DNA from: a virus
Lineage: Duplodnaviria; Caudoviricetes
IMG/VR virus record: IMGVR_UViG_3300033547_000001
Location: 1 to 64,000 of that record
Length of the DNA stretch: 64,000 nucleotides
Direction: 5' to 3' (one strand)
Each line of letters starts with the position of its first letter. Positions within the stretch are counted from its first letter, which is position 1. The translations under genes were made by a program, and so were the position numbers. The notes under the pieces were generated by a model, which was not told the DNA's origin, ran no database searches, and saw nothing but the letters and a program-made list of their open reading frames with translations. Shown piece by piece: positions 46,008 through 53,659 of this stretch.

Positions 46008-47132
46008 CTAGATGCCGAGCATGCTCGCGACGGCGAAAGTCTGCCGAAGCACGGTCCCCATGCTGCCGCCGGTGATCTTCTGTTTCCAAGAAGACAGGTC
46101 GGGGATGAGGCGGTGGGTCCGCATCTTTTCGTTGAATGCGCAGAACCCGGTCTGCTGGCCGCGCACGCTGGTGCAGATCAGCTGCATGAAGTTGCCGCCG
46201 AGCACGCCCTGGGGGTTCGCGGTGGACTGCGCCTGATACTGGATCGCGTCGACGATGCGAAGGTTCGGGATCTGCTTCAGCAGGTCGCTAACGTTCACGT
46301 CGAACGAGTTGGTCGCAGTGATCGCGAACTTCGATGTCGGCGCCAGTGCCAGGACGAACGGGGATTCCTGGTTGATGTTGCCGCCCGACTGCACGATCAA
46401 CTGGATTACCAGCGACTGGATGTCCAGGTAGATCTCGTTCGGCGTCGCCGTGATGACGCCGTTCGTGATCCACAGGTTGTTGCCGAACGATTTCGGCCCT
46501 GGGATGAGCGATGCGGTCAGGTTCGGGTCGTTGAGAAGGCCGTAGTTCTGCAGCCCCTTGACGCCAAAGAAGTAGATCTGGTTCTGGTAGCGGTTGAGCG
46601 CCCACGCGGCCGCCGCGTTGAGCTCGCTGACCCAGTTGATCTTCGCCAGGCCGGCGACGGCCAGTTCCTTCTCGCCGTAGCCAAGGATGGTCTGGAACAG
46701 GTACGGCTGCCTCTGGGGAAATCCGATGTTGGTGCTGACCATCCCGCTGGTCGAATAATCGTCGTAGCTCGAGACCTGGCCGGTATGCTCGGCGACCGGG
46801 AAGATGACGGTCGACAGCGTCCAGTCGCCCTTCTTGACCTCGCCGAGGATCTCCGCCGCTTTCAGGGGCGAGAACAGGATCTCGTAGATCGTCGGGTCGA
46901 TCATGGTCGACAGCATTACGGGGATGCCGGTGTTCTGCGTGGTGGTCAGCAGCGGCTGGGCGTCCTGCGCCATGTAGGGCGCCAGGCCCTGGTCCATGGC
47001 GAGGTCCCAGTCGTGCTTCCACCCCTCGGGGATGTACATGCGGGCGTTCTCGAACAACGCTCCGTTCTTCTCGTAGCGCGGCTTGTCGGCCATGAACTGA
47101 GAGCGCGCTTCCTGTACGTTCGTGCTGAACAT
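46008..47132 (-). CDS. Major capsid protein, DUF2184-like
   Basis: VKKGDW, GQVSSYDDYS, YFFGV.GLQNYGLLNDPNL, SWKQKI..G..G.V.RQ.FAVASMLGI. Confidence 0.88.
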   Translation of the reverse strand: MFSTNVQEARSQFMADKPRYEKNGALFENARMYIPEGWKHDWDLAMDQGLAPYMAQDAQPLLTTTQNTGIPVMLSTMIDPTIYEILFSPLKAAEILGEVKKGDWTLSTVIFPVAEHTGQVSSYDDYSTSGMVSTNIGFPQRQPYLFQTILGYGEKELAVAGLAKINWVSELNAAAAWALNRYQNQIYFFGVKGLQNYGLLNDPNLTASLIPGPKSFGNNLWITNGVITATPNEIYLDIQSLVIQLIVQSGGNINQESPFVLALAPTSKFAITATNSFDVNVSDLLKQIPNLRIVDAIQYQAQSTANPQGVLGGNFMQLICTSVRGQQTGFCAFNEKMRTHRLIPDLSSWKQKITGGSMGTVLRQTFAVASMLGI

Positions 47133-47146
47133 CGGTGTGTGCCTTT

Positions 47147-47181
47147 CAAAACAAAAAAGGCGCTCACGAGGAGGCGCCCTT
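47147..47181 (-). terminator. Intrinsic terminator between decoration and capsid genes
   Basis: AAGGGCGC-10nt-GCGCCTTT followed by TTTGTTTT on the minus strand. Confidence 0.6.
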
Positions 47182-47245
47182 GGGGGTTGGTGATGGGTGG
47201 TGGTGCTGGTGATCGCGGAAGTAGAGGCCGCGAGCCTCTACGCCG

Positions 47246-48214
47246 TTACGGGATGTCGGTGATCTTGACGAGCTCGCCGACCGCGGCGGCGTTGCGCGCG
47301 GTCCACTTCGTGGCAAAGTTCGCAGCCGCGGTGATAGTCGTCGACGTGACCGTCTGGGTCGGATCGACGACATAGGTGCCCGCTCCACCAGTGGTGCCGG
47401 TGAGCTGCTGATAGAGGGTCGTGGTGACGGTGATGCCGGTGCCGGTCAGGGTCTGCCCCGCATTGAACGTGCCGGTGATGGTGCCGCCGGCTGTGAATAC
47501 CCCATAGGTGCCGCTCACCGCAGTCGATGCGGCGGACTGCTCGGGAATGCTCAGCGTGTAACGGCCGAGGCCATTCAGCGCCTCGCCGGCCAAGAGCGGC
47601 GTGAGCTGGCTCACGATCTTGCTGCCGGTCGAGATGCCGGTGCCGCTGATCGTGGCGCCAGGATAGATGTTGCCGGTCAGGCCCGATGCGGCCGTAAGGA
47701 TGTCGCCGGCGACCGAGCCGGTGACCGAGAATGTGGCCGCAGCGATCGACGACGCCGTGCCGGAAGCAGTCAGAGCAGCGAACGAGACCGATCCATCGGC
47801 GAAGTTGGCGTAAGCCGTCTGACCGAATGCAACGGCAGCCGTCCCGTTGTTCTTCACCCAAAGATCTACCTTGTTGTAGACCGCGATCTGGAAGCCGCTC
47901 TGGATGTAGAACACGGACTCGGCGAGATACTGCGTGATGATGCCCTGCTGCTTGCGCGAGACCAGGCCGGCGGGCTGGCCGGAGCCGAACGTGTTGACGG
48001 TGCCAGGCGCGTTGACGTCGTCGGTCGACTGGTAGGTCACCCACGCGAAGCGGCCGACGACCGCGCCGGGGACAGAGACACCGGCGATTACGCCGGCGCC
48101 CGAGATCAGGGCGCCCTCGCCCGCCATCACGGTGCCGCGCGGATTGTACGACGCGAAGTCGCCCTCGATGCCAGGCGCTTGCGTGGTGTTGACCTGGGAC
48201 TGGATGTTCGTCAT
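47246..48214 (-). CDS. Head decoration/cement protein with two inserted modules
   Basis: QSQVNTTQAPGIEGDFASYNPR, VGRFAW, AAVGELVKIT; directly upstream of capsid gene. Confidence 0.75.
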   Translation of the reverse strand: MTNIQSQVNTTQAPGIEGDFASYNPRGTVMAGEGALISGAGVIAGVSVPGAVVGRFAWVTYQSTDDVNAPGTVNTFGSGQPAGLVSRKQQGIITQYLAESVFYIQSGFQIAVYNKVDLWVKNNGTAAVAFGQTAYANFADGSVSFAALTASGTASSIAAATFSVTGSVAGDILTAASGLTGNIYPGATISGTGISTGSKIVSQLTPLLAGEALNGLGRYTLSIPEQSAASTAVSGTYGVFTAGGTITGTFNAGQTLTGTGITVTTTLYQQLTGTTGGAGTYVVDPTQTVTSTTITAAANFATKWTARNAAAVGELVKITDIP

Positions 48215-48300
48215 CTAAATTTCTCCTGTGGGTTGGTTTGCTAGGGAGGGGTTGCGCGAAGACCCCTCCCCGCGTCGCGAGGAGGAGGCCGCCTTGATGT

Positions 48301-50874
48301 TTACGCGCTGCCGATGCGGTCGAGGTTCTTGGCGATGTTGGGAAGACGCTTGGCGAAGTCGGCCTTGCTGCCGGCGCCGCCGCTGCTATCCATCGCGATC
48401 GTGGTGTTGCGCTTGCCGCTGTCGGGGGACGACAGATTGTCGAACATGAACTTCAGCGCGTCGGCCTTCACGCCGGCGAGCGGCTTGGTGTCCTTGCCCG
48501 CTGCCTGGATGGCGTGGAGATAGACGCCCTCGACGCTGTCGAATGCCATGCTTGAGAGTTCGCCCACTCGGGGTCGGACGTGATCCTTGGCAGCGTAGAT
48601 CGCCTGCTGGAGCTCGCGCTCCTGCTTGATAGCTGCCTGCACCTTCTTGTCGGTCGCTGCGTCCATGGCCTTCTTGTCCTCCTTCTCAGCCTCATCCTTG
48701 GCCTTCTTGTCGCGCGCGCCGGCGCTGGGCTTCTCGTCCTTCGCCTTCTTGTCCTTGGCCTTCTTGTCTTTCGAGAATTCCAGCTTTTTCTTATCTTCGT
48801 CATCCGGATCGCCGTCTTCAGCGGTCTCCTCGACGTCCTCATCCTCGGCGGATTCGGACTCGTTGTCCTCGTCCTCTTCGTTCTTGTCCTCGTCCTCGGC
48901 CGTCTTCTCCTTGTCCTTCGGCGGCCATTCGTCTTCCGCCTTGGGCATTCCGCCTTCGATCATGTCGAGCACCGCGTCGAGGCCTGCCTTGATGCTGCCA
49001 TCCTGGGCGAACTTCGGCTGCAGTTTGCCCTTGACGAGCTCCCGCACGTAAGCGGCCAGGACCGGCCGCTTCGCCTTCCAATTGCTCGCGCGGATGTTGC
49101 GCAGTCCCTTCGTCAGATCGATGCTCGCGTCCATCGCAAGCATGGGCTGCAGGTGCGCCATCAGCGCGCCATAGGCGATGCTGGCGGTAGAGGACATCAG
49201 AACTCTTTTGGTCATGGTAAAAGCCTCCTTCGGGATGAGTGGGTTTTTGGAATCGCCTACAACTACGTCCGGACCAGCCCTACCGTCGGAAACCAGGGCG
49301 ACGTGATTTCCAACGATGTCTCGCATCACTCCGTCATAGCGAGTGCCGTTATAGGAGCCTGGAGTCATGTCGGCGCGGTAGCGGTACGCGCTCGATAGCT
49401 CTTTCTTCTTCTCGCTCTTAACCGCCTTGATGCCTTTGTCGGCCCAAATGACGAGGCTGTTCTTCAGGTAGGTCCCGTCGAACTCTGCGTCCGTTCCGGT
49501 CGAGCCGATCACGTGCTCGGGCTTGTGGTCCGCAGCACTAACCGGGACGTGCTCATCGAGCACCGGTTTGTTGTTGAACGTGCTGGCCGCCTTCTTGAGC
49601 TCATCCGGGTCCCGAAACAGGTAGTAAATCTTGTCGGCCGTGAGCCCCAGCGTCTTCCACTGTGGGATCTCGTCGCCGCGGTACGGGTTGACCGCGGCCT
49701 TGCTGATATTGCTGACCTCGACGTGCAGGTGGCCGTCGGGGCTCTCGGTCCGGTTCCCCTTCGCAGGCGCAGCATAGTCGAACGCCAGGCCGTGCCGGTC
49801 GATCATCAGGCCGAACGGCGCCCGGTCGAGCGCCAGCAGCTCGTCCATAGCGCCCATCCCGGGCTTCATGGGCGCGTGCGTCATGGCGGCGACGCCCGAA
49901 CCCCCACACGCCGAGCACATGTCACCGTGGACGTTCCCAGCCCCGCCGCAGGCCCCACAGAGGCCGTCCTGGGCGTGCTTGAGCTTCTTGGCGCTCCCGA
50001 CGATCGGCGGGAACCCGGAGTTGGCCGCGGTGGTAGCCTGGACCTGGTCCTGCGCGTGCCGAGGTTTCTTGCCGGTGCTCTTGATCCCGCGGATGCGAAA
50101 TGCGCCGTCCCCGTCGATGAAGAACTTCTTCTCGTGGTCTGAATCACCGGGGTCGACCACCACGTCGAATGAGTGCCCGATCGACGAGGTCTCCTGCAGG
50201 TGCGCCAGCAGGCGCTTGAGCTGGTTCTCGTCGTCGTCGAGGTCGATGACGATCTGCTCGTCCTTGGCGATCTCCTCGCCGCGCGCCCAGCCCGCGAAGT
50301 TCTTGTGCAGCGTCGCCCAGTCCTCTTCACTCATGTCGTCGGTGGCGCCGAGGTCCGTGCTCAGGCGCTCCTTGACCGCGGGGTGGATCGGCGACGGCAG
50401 TTCGTGCAGCCCGAACCAGCCGGCGCCGGTGTGCTCGTTGTTCAGCTTCGGCGAGAACTTCTCGGCGACCGGCTTCGCGAAGGTGTGGAACGTCTTGCCC
50501 GTGGGGGTCGACCGACGATCCATCAGCCGCTTCGGCCCCTGCGGCGAGGTGTTGCCGAGCTCCTCGGCGTTCTCCCGATCGGCCGCCTCCTCGGCGCTCT
50601 CGCCCGGATCCCCATTGCCGCCCGGGAGCGACCAGTGGCCCGCGAAGTTCTCCTCCTTGGCTGACCTGCGCAGCAGCAGGACGTGCCCGTCCGGGGCGAC
50701 GTGCACCGTGCCGGCGACTATAGCTCCCTTGGGCAGCACTCGCGCGTCAGGCATCTCGCCGTTTTCGTCGGCCGCGACGAACTCCTCGCCCACGGCCTTC
50801 GGGATCCCTAGGCGCGACTTTCCCTCCGCGGCGGCATACATCGCGCGCTTTTGCCGTGGTGTTTTGGCTGGCAT
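48301..50874 (-). CDS. Prohead protease/scaffold (DUF2213-like) with N-terminal Nudix and Zn-finger cargo domains
   Basis: Nudix box GGNGDPGESAEEAADRENAEELG; CGACGGAG..CSACGGSG; protease core ISKAAVNPY.G.EI, ELSSAYRY, NHVALV..GRAG; acidic scaffold tail. Confidence 0.85.
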   Translation of the reverse strand: MPAKTPRQKRAMYAAAEGKSRLGIPKAVGEEFVAADENGEMPDARVLPKGAIVAGTVHVAPDGHVLLLRRSAKEENFAGHWSLPGGNGDPGESAEEAADRENAEELGNTSPQGPKRLMDRRSTPTGKTFHTFAKPVAEKFSPKLNNEHTGAGWFGLHELPSPIHPAVKERLSTDLGATDDMSEEDWATLHKNFAGWARGEEIAKDEQIVIDLDDDENQLKRLLAHLQETSSIGHSFDVVVDPGDSDHEKKFFIDGDGAFRIRGIKSTGKKPRHAQDQVQATTAANSGFPPIVGSAKKLKHAQDGLCGACGGAGNVHGDMCSACGGSGVAAMTHAPMKPGMGAMDELLALDRAPFGLMIDRHGLAFDYAAPAKGNRTESPDGHLHVEVSNISKAAVNPYRGDEIPQWKTLGLTADKIYYLFRDPDELKKAASTFNNKPVLDEHVPVSAADHKPEHVIGSTGTDAEFDGTYLKNSLVIWADKGIKAVKSEKKKELSSAYRYRADMTPGSYNGTRYDGVMRDIVGNHVALVSDGRAGPDVVVGDSKNPLIPKEAFTMTKRVLMSSTASIAYGALMAHLQPMLAMDASIDLTKGLRNIRASNWKAKRPVLAAYVRELVKGKLQPKFAQDGSIKAGLDAVLDMIEGGMPKAEDEWPPKDKEKTAEDEDKNEEDEDNESESAEDEDVEETAEDGDPDDEDKKKLEFSKDKKAKDKKAKDEKPSAGARDKKAKDEAEKEDKKAMDAATDKKVQAAIKQERELQQAIYAAKDHVRPRVGELSSMAFDSVEGVYLHAIQAAGKDTKPLAGVKADALKFMFDNLSSPDSGKRNTTIAMDSSGGAGSKADFAKRLPNIAKNLDRIGSA

Positions 50875-50878
50875 GGTG

Positions 50879-51193
50879 TCAGCGCATCTCGCCGCTGGTG
50901 ATGAAACCATGCCAGAGGCCGCCGGCGCTCCCGTCGATCGACGGCATCACGGTCAGCGTCGCGAAATCCGCCGCTTCGATCCCGCCGGCGATCGACCACG
51001 CGATGCCGGGCTTGCAGCTCTGGACGTGGTCGGTGTCGAATAGCTCCCACTGGTCCCGAGTCGACGGCGAGGGGATGGCGAAGCAGCTCTGGCGCCACTT
51101 CGGGTCAGCGGGGCTCACGAAGGTGAAGCCGACGCGCCGGCCGTCCTTCATGATCCACTTCGGGTCGAGGTCGAGAAGCTTCATAAGGGCCAC
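50879..51193 (-). CDS. DUF6527-like protein (Cys-poor copy)
   Basis: W...G...TLTVMPSI...WHGFITSG. Confidence 0.55.
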   Translation of the reverse strand: MALMKLLDLDPKWIMKDGRRVGFTFVSPADPKWRQSCFAIPSPSTRDQWELFDTDHVQSCKPGIAWSIAGGIEAADFATLTVMPSIDGSAGGLWHGFITSGEMR

Positions 51194-51198
51194 CTCTC

Positions 51199-51535
51199 AA
51201 AAGAAAAAGGCCCCAGTTTCCTGAGGCCTTTCCTCGTCTGGCAGACTTTGTCGCCAGACCTTCATTGAGGGCATTCGCCCTCCTGAAAATGTACGCTCCC
51301 TCATTATCGCTCGCGAAGCGATGTCCCTGGAACGTTACTCGGCGGGACCGACGACCCAGGCTGCAGGCTCTGGTAGGGAGAATTCTATAGTTGGCGGATC
51401 CTGAGAAATCAATCGTTGGCGTCACGAACACCGAAGGCTACCCGCTTCAGGCAGGTCGACTGCCGATTTAACGACCACTCCGACCTCTGGATCCGGACCC
51501 TCTATGCCGTCTAGCCGGGCGTCCCCGGCCGCTCA
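51199..51535 (-). ncRNA. Unclassified highly structured RNA ending in an intrinsic terminator
   Basis: 337-nt gap between coupled genes; hand-folding gives a 5' hairpin, two multibranch domains, two hairpins and a GAAA-capped terminator with U tract. Confidence 0.6.
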
Positions 51536-51537
51536 AC

Positions 51538-51765
51538 TTATCCCTTTGGCTGTGGAATATCTTCTTCAGGAACCGCTTCTTCCTTGACCTCGAACGACGC
51601 GATTGCCGGGTGGAAGAGGTGAAACGAATATTCGCCGGACGGATTCGGCGATCCCTCATAATTGCCCTCGACGACGATGGTCTCCGACCTGTCGCCCTCG
51701 GCATCCACTTGCACGACTTTGGCGCGGTAGCGACCGTTGACATGGATCTTCACGGTGGTGGTCAT
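51538..51765 (-). CDS. Hypothetical small beta-rich protein
   Basis: AAGGGG RBS; ORF in late operon. Confidence 0.65.
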   Translation of the reverse strand: MTTTVKIHVNGRYRAKVVQVDAEGDRSETIVVEGNYEGSPNPSGEYSFHLFHPAIASFEVKEEAVPEEDIPQPKG

Positions 51766-51790
51766 GGAAAGATTCCCCTTGGGTTGAGAG

Positions 51791-51988
51791 CTACGCGTCG
51801 CCGCGCTTCAGCATCTCGGCTACTTGGCCCACAGTGAGGTCCTCGTCAAGGGGTCCCACGCAGTCGTCGCATGGCTTCTGCGCCTTGCGATACTTGTTGC
51901 GCGCACAGCCCTTGCCCTCGCCCCTGCACGCCCAAAGCCGAAACTCGCCGCTGGTGTGCTTCGCCAGGACCAAGCTGAGATCAGCCAT
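51791..51988 (-). CDS. Small Cys-rich protein
   Basis: TGATG overlap with GNAT; WAC...C...CDDC. Confidence 0.55.
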   Translation of the reverse strand: MADLSLVLAKHTSGEFRLWACRGEGKGCARNKYRKAQKPCDDCVGPLDEDLTVGQVAEMLKRGDA

Positions 51989-52422
51989 CACCCGACCTCG
52001 AACGTGACCGTGATGCAGGTCTCGCGCCCGCCGTGCTTCGCGGCGATCTCGCGCATCGCCGCATTCCGCGGATGCGTGCCGAGCATGATCCTCGGCGCCT
52101 TGATCTCCGCGGCCTTCTCGACCGCCGCGGCGAACAGCGCCGTGTATACGCCGCGCCCCCTGAACTCGGGGATGGTGTAGGCCTGCAGCAGGAACACGGT
52201 CTTGGTGTGCTCCAGGAAGTCGTAGGTCAGCACTCCGACCGGGATCTTCTCCTGGCCGTTCCGCGCGATCGCGATGAAGGCCTTGAAGTTCCACCCCATA
52301 TTCAGTACGCCGCCGGGCTCCCCGAGCCCGCGTTCGTCGACGTCGAGCCATCCCATCACCGAGAGCCGTGCCGCGGGCGTGCCGTTCAACCCGTCGACGT
52401 GCTGGATCTCGATGTTCGTCAT
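51988..52422 (-). CDS. GNAT-family acetyltransferase
   Basis: YTIPEFRGRGVYTALF acetyl-CoA motif A; N..M...K.G motif B. Confidence 0.8.
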   Translation of the reverse strand: MTNIEIQHVDGLNGTPAARLSVMGWLDVDERGLGEPGGVLNMGWNFKAFIAIARNGQEKIPVGVLTYDFLEHTKTVFLLQAYTIPEFRGRGVYTALFAAAVEKAAEIKAPRIMLGTHPRNAAMREIAAKHGGRETCITVTFEVG

Positions 52423-52634
52423 AGTTGGTCACTCAAGAATACGGCCAGGACCGTCTCGCCGATACGATCCACCCGGCAATATCCCTCGCTCGCCAGTCGC
52501 TCGATCATTCTCGAGTCGACAGAAGAGAATGCAGAATGGCTGCTGTAGAGGCGACCGTCTTCGTGCCGCATCAACTCGCCGTACTTCTTGAGGATAGCGA
52601 TCGCGTTTTTGTCCTGGCCGCTTAGCTTGCTCAC
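52419..52634 (-). CDS. Small hypothetical protein (winged-helix-like)
   Basis: GTGA/ATGA overlaps at both ends; fold is a guess. Confidence 0.5.
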   Translation of the reverse strand: MSKLSGQDKNAIAILKKYGELMRHEDGRLYSSHSAFSSVDSRMIERLASEGYCRVDRIGETVLAVFLSDQL

Positions 52635-52852
52635 GGCTGCTTCGGCCGCAGCACGATCTCGTAGCCGAGCGTCTCGGCTAACCTCGCGAGCGTGCGAAGC
52701 GTCGGGCTTCGCTTGCCGAGCTCGACGTCGATCAGGCTCGTTCTGCCGAGGCCGGAACGCCGTGACAACTCGTCGAGCGTGAAACCCCATGCCCTGCGAA
52801 CGCTGCGCAGCTCGGTTACGACTTCGTGCGTGCCTTGCTCTGGTAGGAACAT
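52631..52852 (-). CDS. XRE-family HTH protein
   Basis: LRSVRRAWGFTLDELSRRSGLGRTSLIDVELGKRSPTLRTL. Confidence 0.85.
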   Translation of the reverse strand: MFLPEQGTHEVVTELRSVRRAWGFTLDELSRRSGLGRTSLIDVELGKRSPTLRTLARLAETLGYEIVLRPKQP

Positions 52853-53178
52853 CAGGTCCTCGTTCTGGCGACCTCAGGCTCGTCCGTCTTAGCCACCGTC
52901 ACGCACCTACCACGCTCGATGTAACCGTGCCAGCACCTGCCGCAGTTGACCGAGGGGCTGAAGGTCGGCGCATCCCTGTTGCCGTCCCAGTCCCATTGCG
53001 CGCTACCGCCGTTCTTGCCCTGCGGATCCCTCGGCTGGCCGGTCTTGCCGGCGATGATCAGGTTGCCGCAGCGCCTATCGTGCATCGGGCAGTTGAAGCT
53101 GAACACCTCCTCCTTGCCCGGCTCCGCGTCCCTGTCGCCGACCTCGAGCAACTTGAAACGAACCTTCGCGTCGCTCAC
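52852..53178 (-). CDS. DUF6527-like protein
   Basis: FSFNCP..C, WDWDGNRDAPTFSPSV.C..CWHGYI..G. Confidence 0.7.
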   Translation of the reverse strand: MSDAKVRFKLLEVGDRDAEPGKEEVFSFNCPMHDRRCGNLIIAGKTGQPRDPQGKNGGSAQWDWDGNRDAPTFSPSVNCGRCWHGYIERGRCVTVAKTDEPEVARTRT

Positions 53179-53183
53179 TTACT

Positions 53184-53351
53184 CAGCTCCTTGGCGATCT
53201 GAGTGCAAGCTTCGCGCGCCCTTTTGGCGCGAGAATATGCCGCTCTCATCTCCTCGACGTCTGCGATCGCAGCGAGATGGGTGACCGCCTGCTTGAACGC
53301 CTCGTCGAACGCGTCGAGCGCGGTATCGAGTTCGGTGGGGCGATCGCTCAC
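53184..53351 (-). CDS. Small helical hypothetical protein
   Basis: Not in ORF track; GTGA overlap, 55 aa read by hand (MSDRPTELDTALDAF...). Confidence 0.5.
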
Positions 53352-53659
53352 GAGAAGTCCTCGCCCTTGTCGACTGGTATCGGCGGCATGGCCACGATGT
53401 CCGATCGGCCATGCCAGCTGTCCGCGCAGAACTGGATCATGCCGTCGGTGATGAAGTAGTGGCAGACCACCTCAACACCAACCACTTCGGCCCCCATGGC
53501 GACGAACGTCTGCTTGAAGCTCGGCGTGAACAGCGGCCGCGCGAAGTTGCCGTTGAACTGCCAGCTGTCAGGCAGCGGGTGCAGGCGCTCGCACGCCGGG
53601 CACCAGTGATGCCAGCCGCCAACTGAAGCGCGAACGATGAGCGGATCGGCCTGTTTCAT
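53348..53659 (-). CDS. DUF6527-like protein
   Basis: HWCPAC..LH, WQFNGN..RP.FTPS, CHYFITDG.IQFC.DSWH. Confidence 0.75.
   Translation of the reverse strand: MKQADPLIVRASVGGWHHWCPACERLHPLPDSWQFNGNFARPLFTPSFKQTFVAMGAEVVGVEVVCHYFITDGMIQFCADSWHGRSDIVAMPPIPVDKGEDFS

Noticed and set aside
45678-47375. Long antisense ORFs such as 45678..47375 (+), 24440..25441 (+), 21107..22066 (+), 9234..10103 (-), 12420..13217 (-)
   Set aside because: They mirror well-supported genes on the opposite strand, lack RBSs and motifs, and are expected in GC-rich DNA.
48620-48960. Repetitive GAG/GAC/AAG-rich DNA
   Set aside because: Explained by the low-complexity acidic/basic scaffold sequence, not a DNA repeat element.
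51105-51431. 108-aa minus-strand ORF across the structured region
   Set aside because: No RBS, atypical composition, and it runs through a terminator and into the next gene in another frame.
51532-51538. CTCAACT box at the 5' edge of the structured RNA (and at 13-19)
   Set aside because: A 7-mer is expected several times by chance and there is no accompanying TATA element here. It would matter only if a TSS maps nearby.
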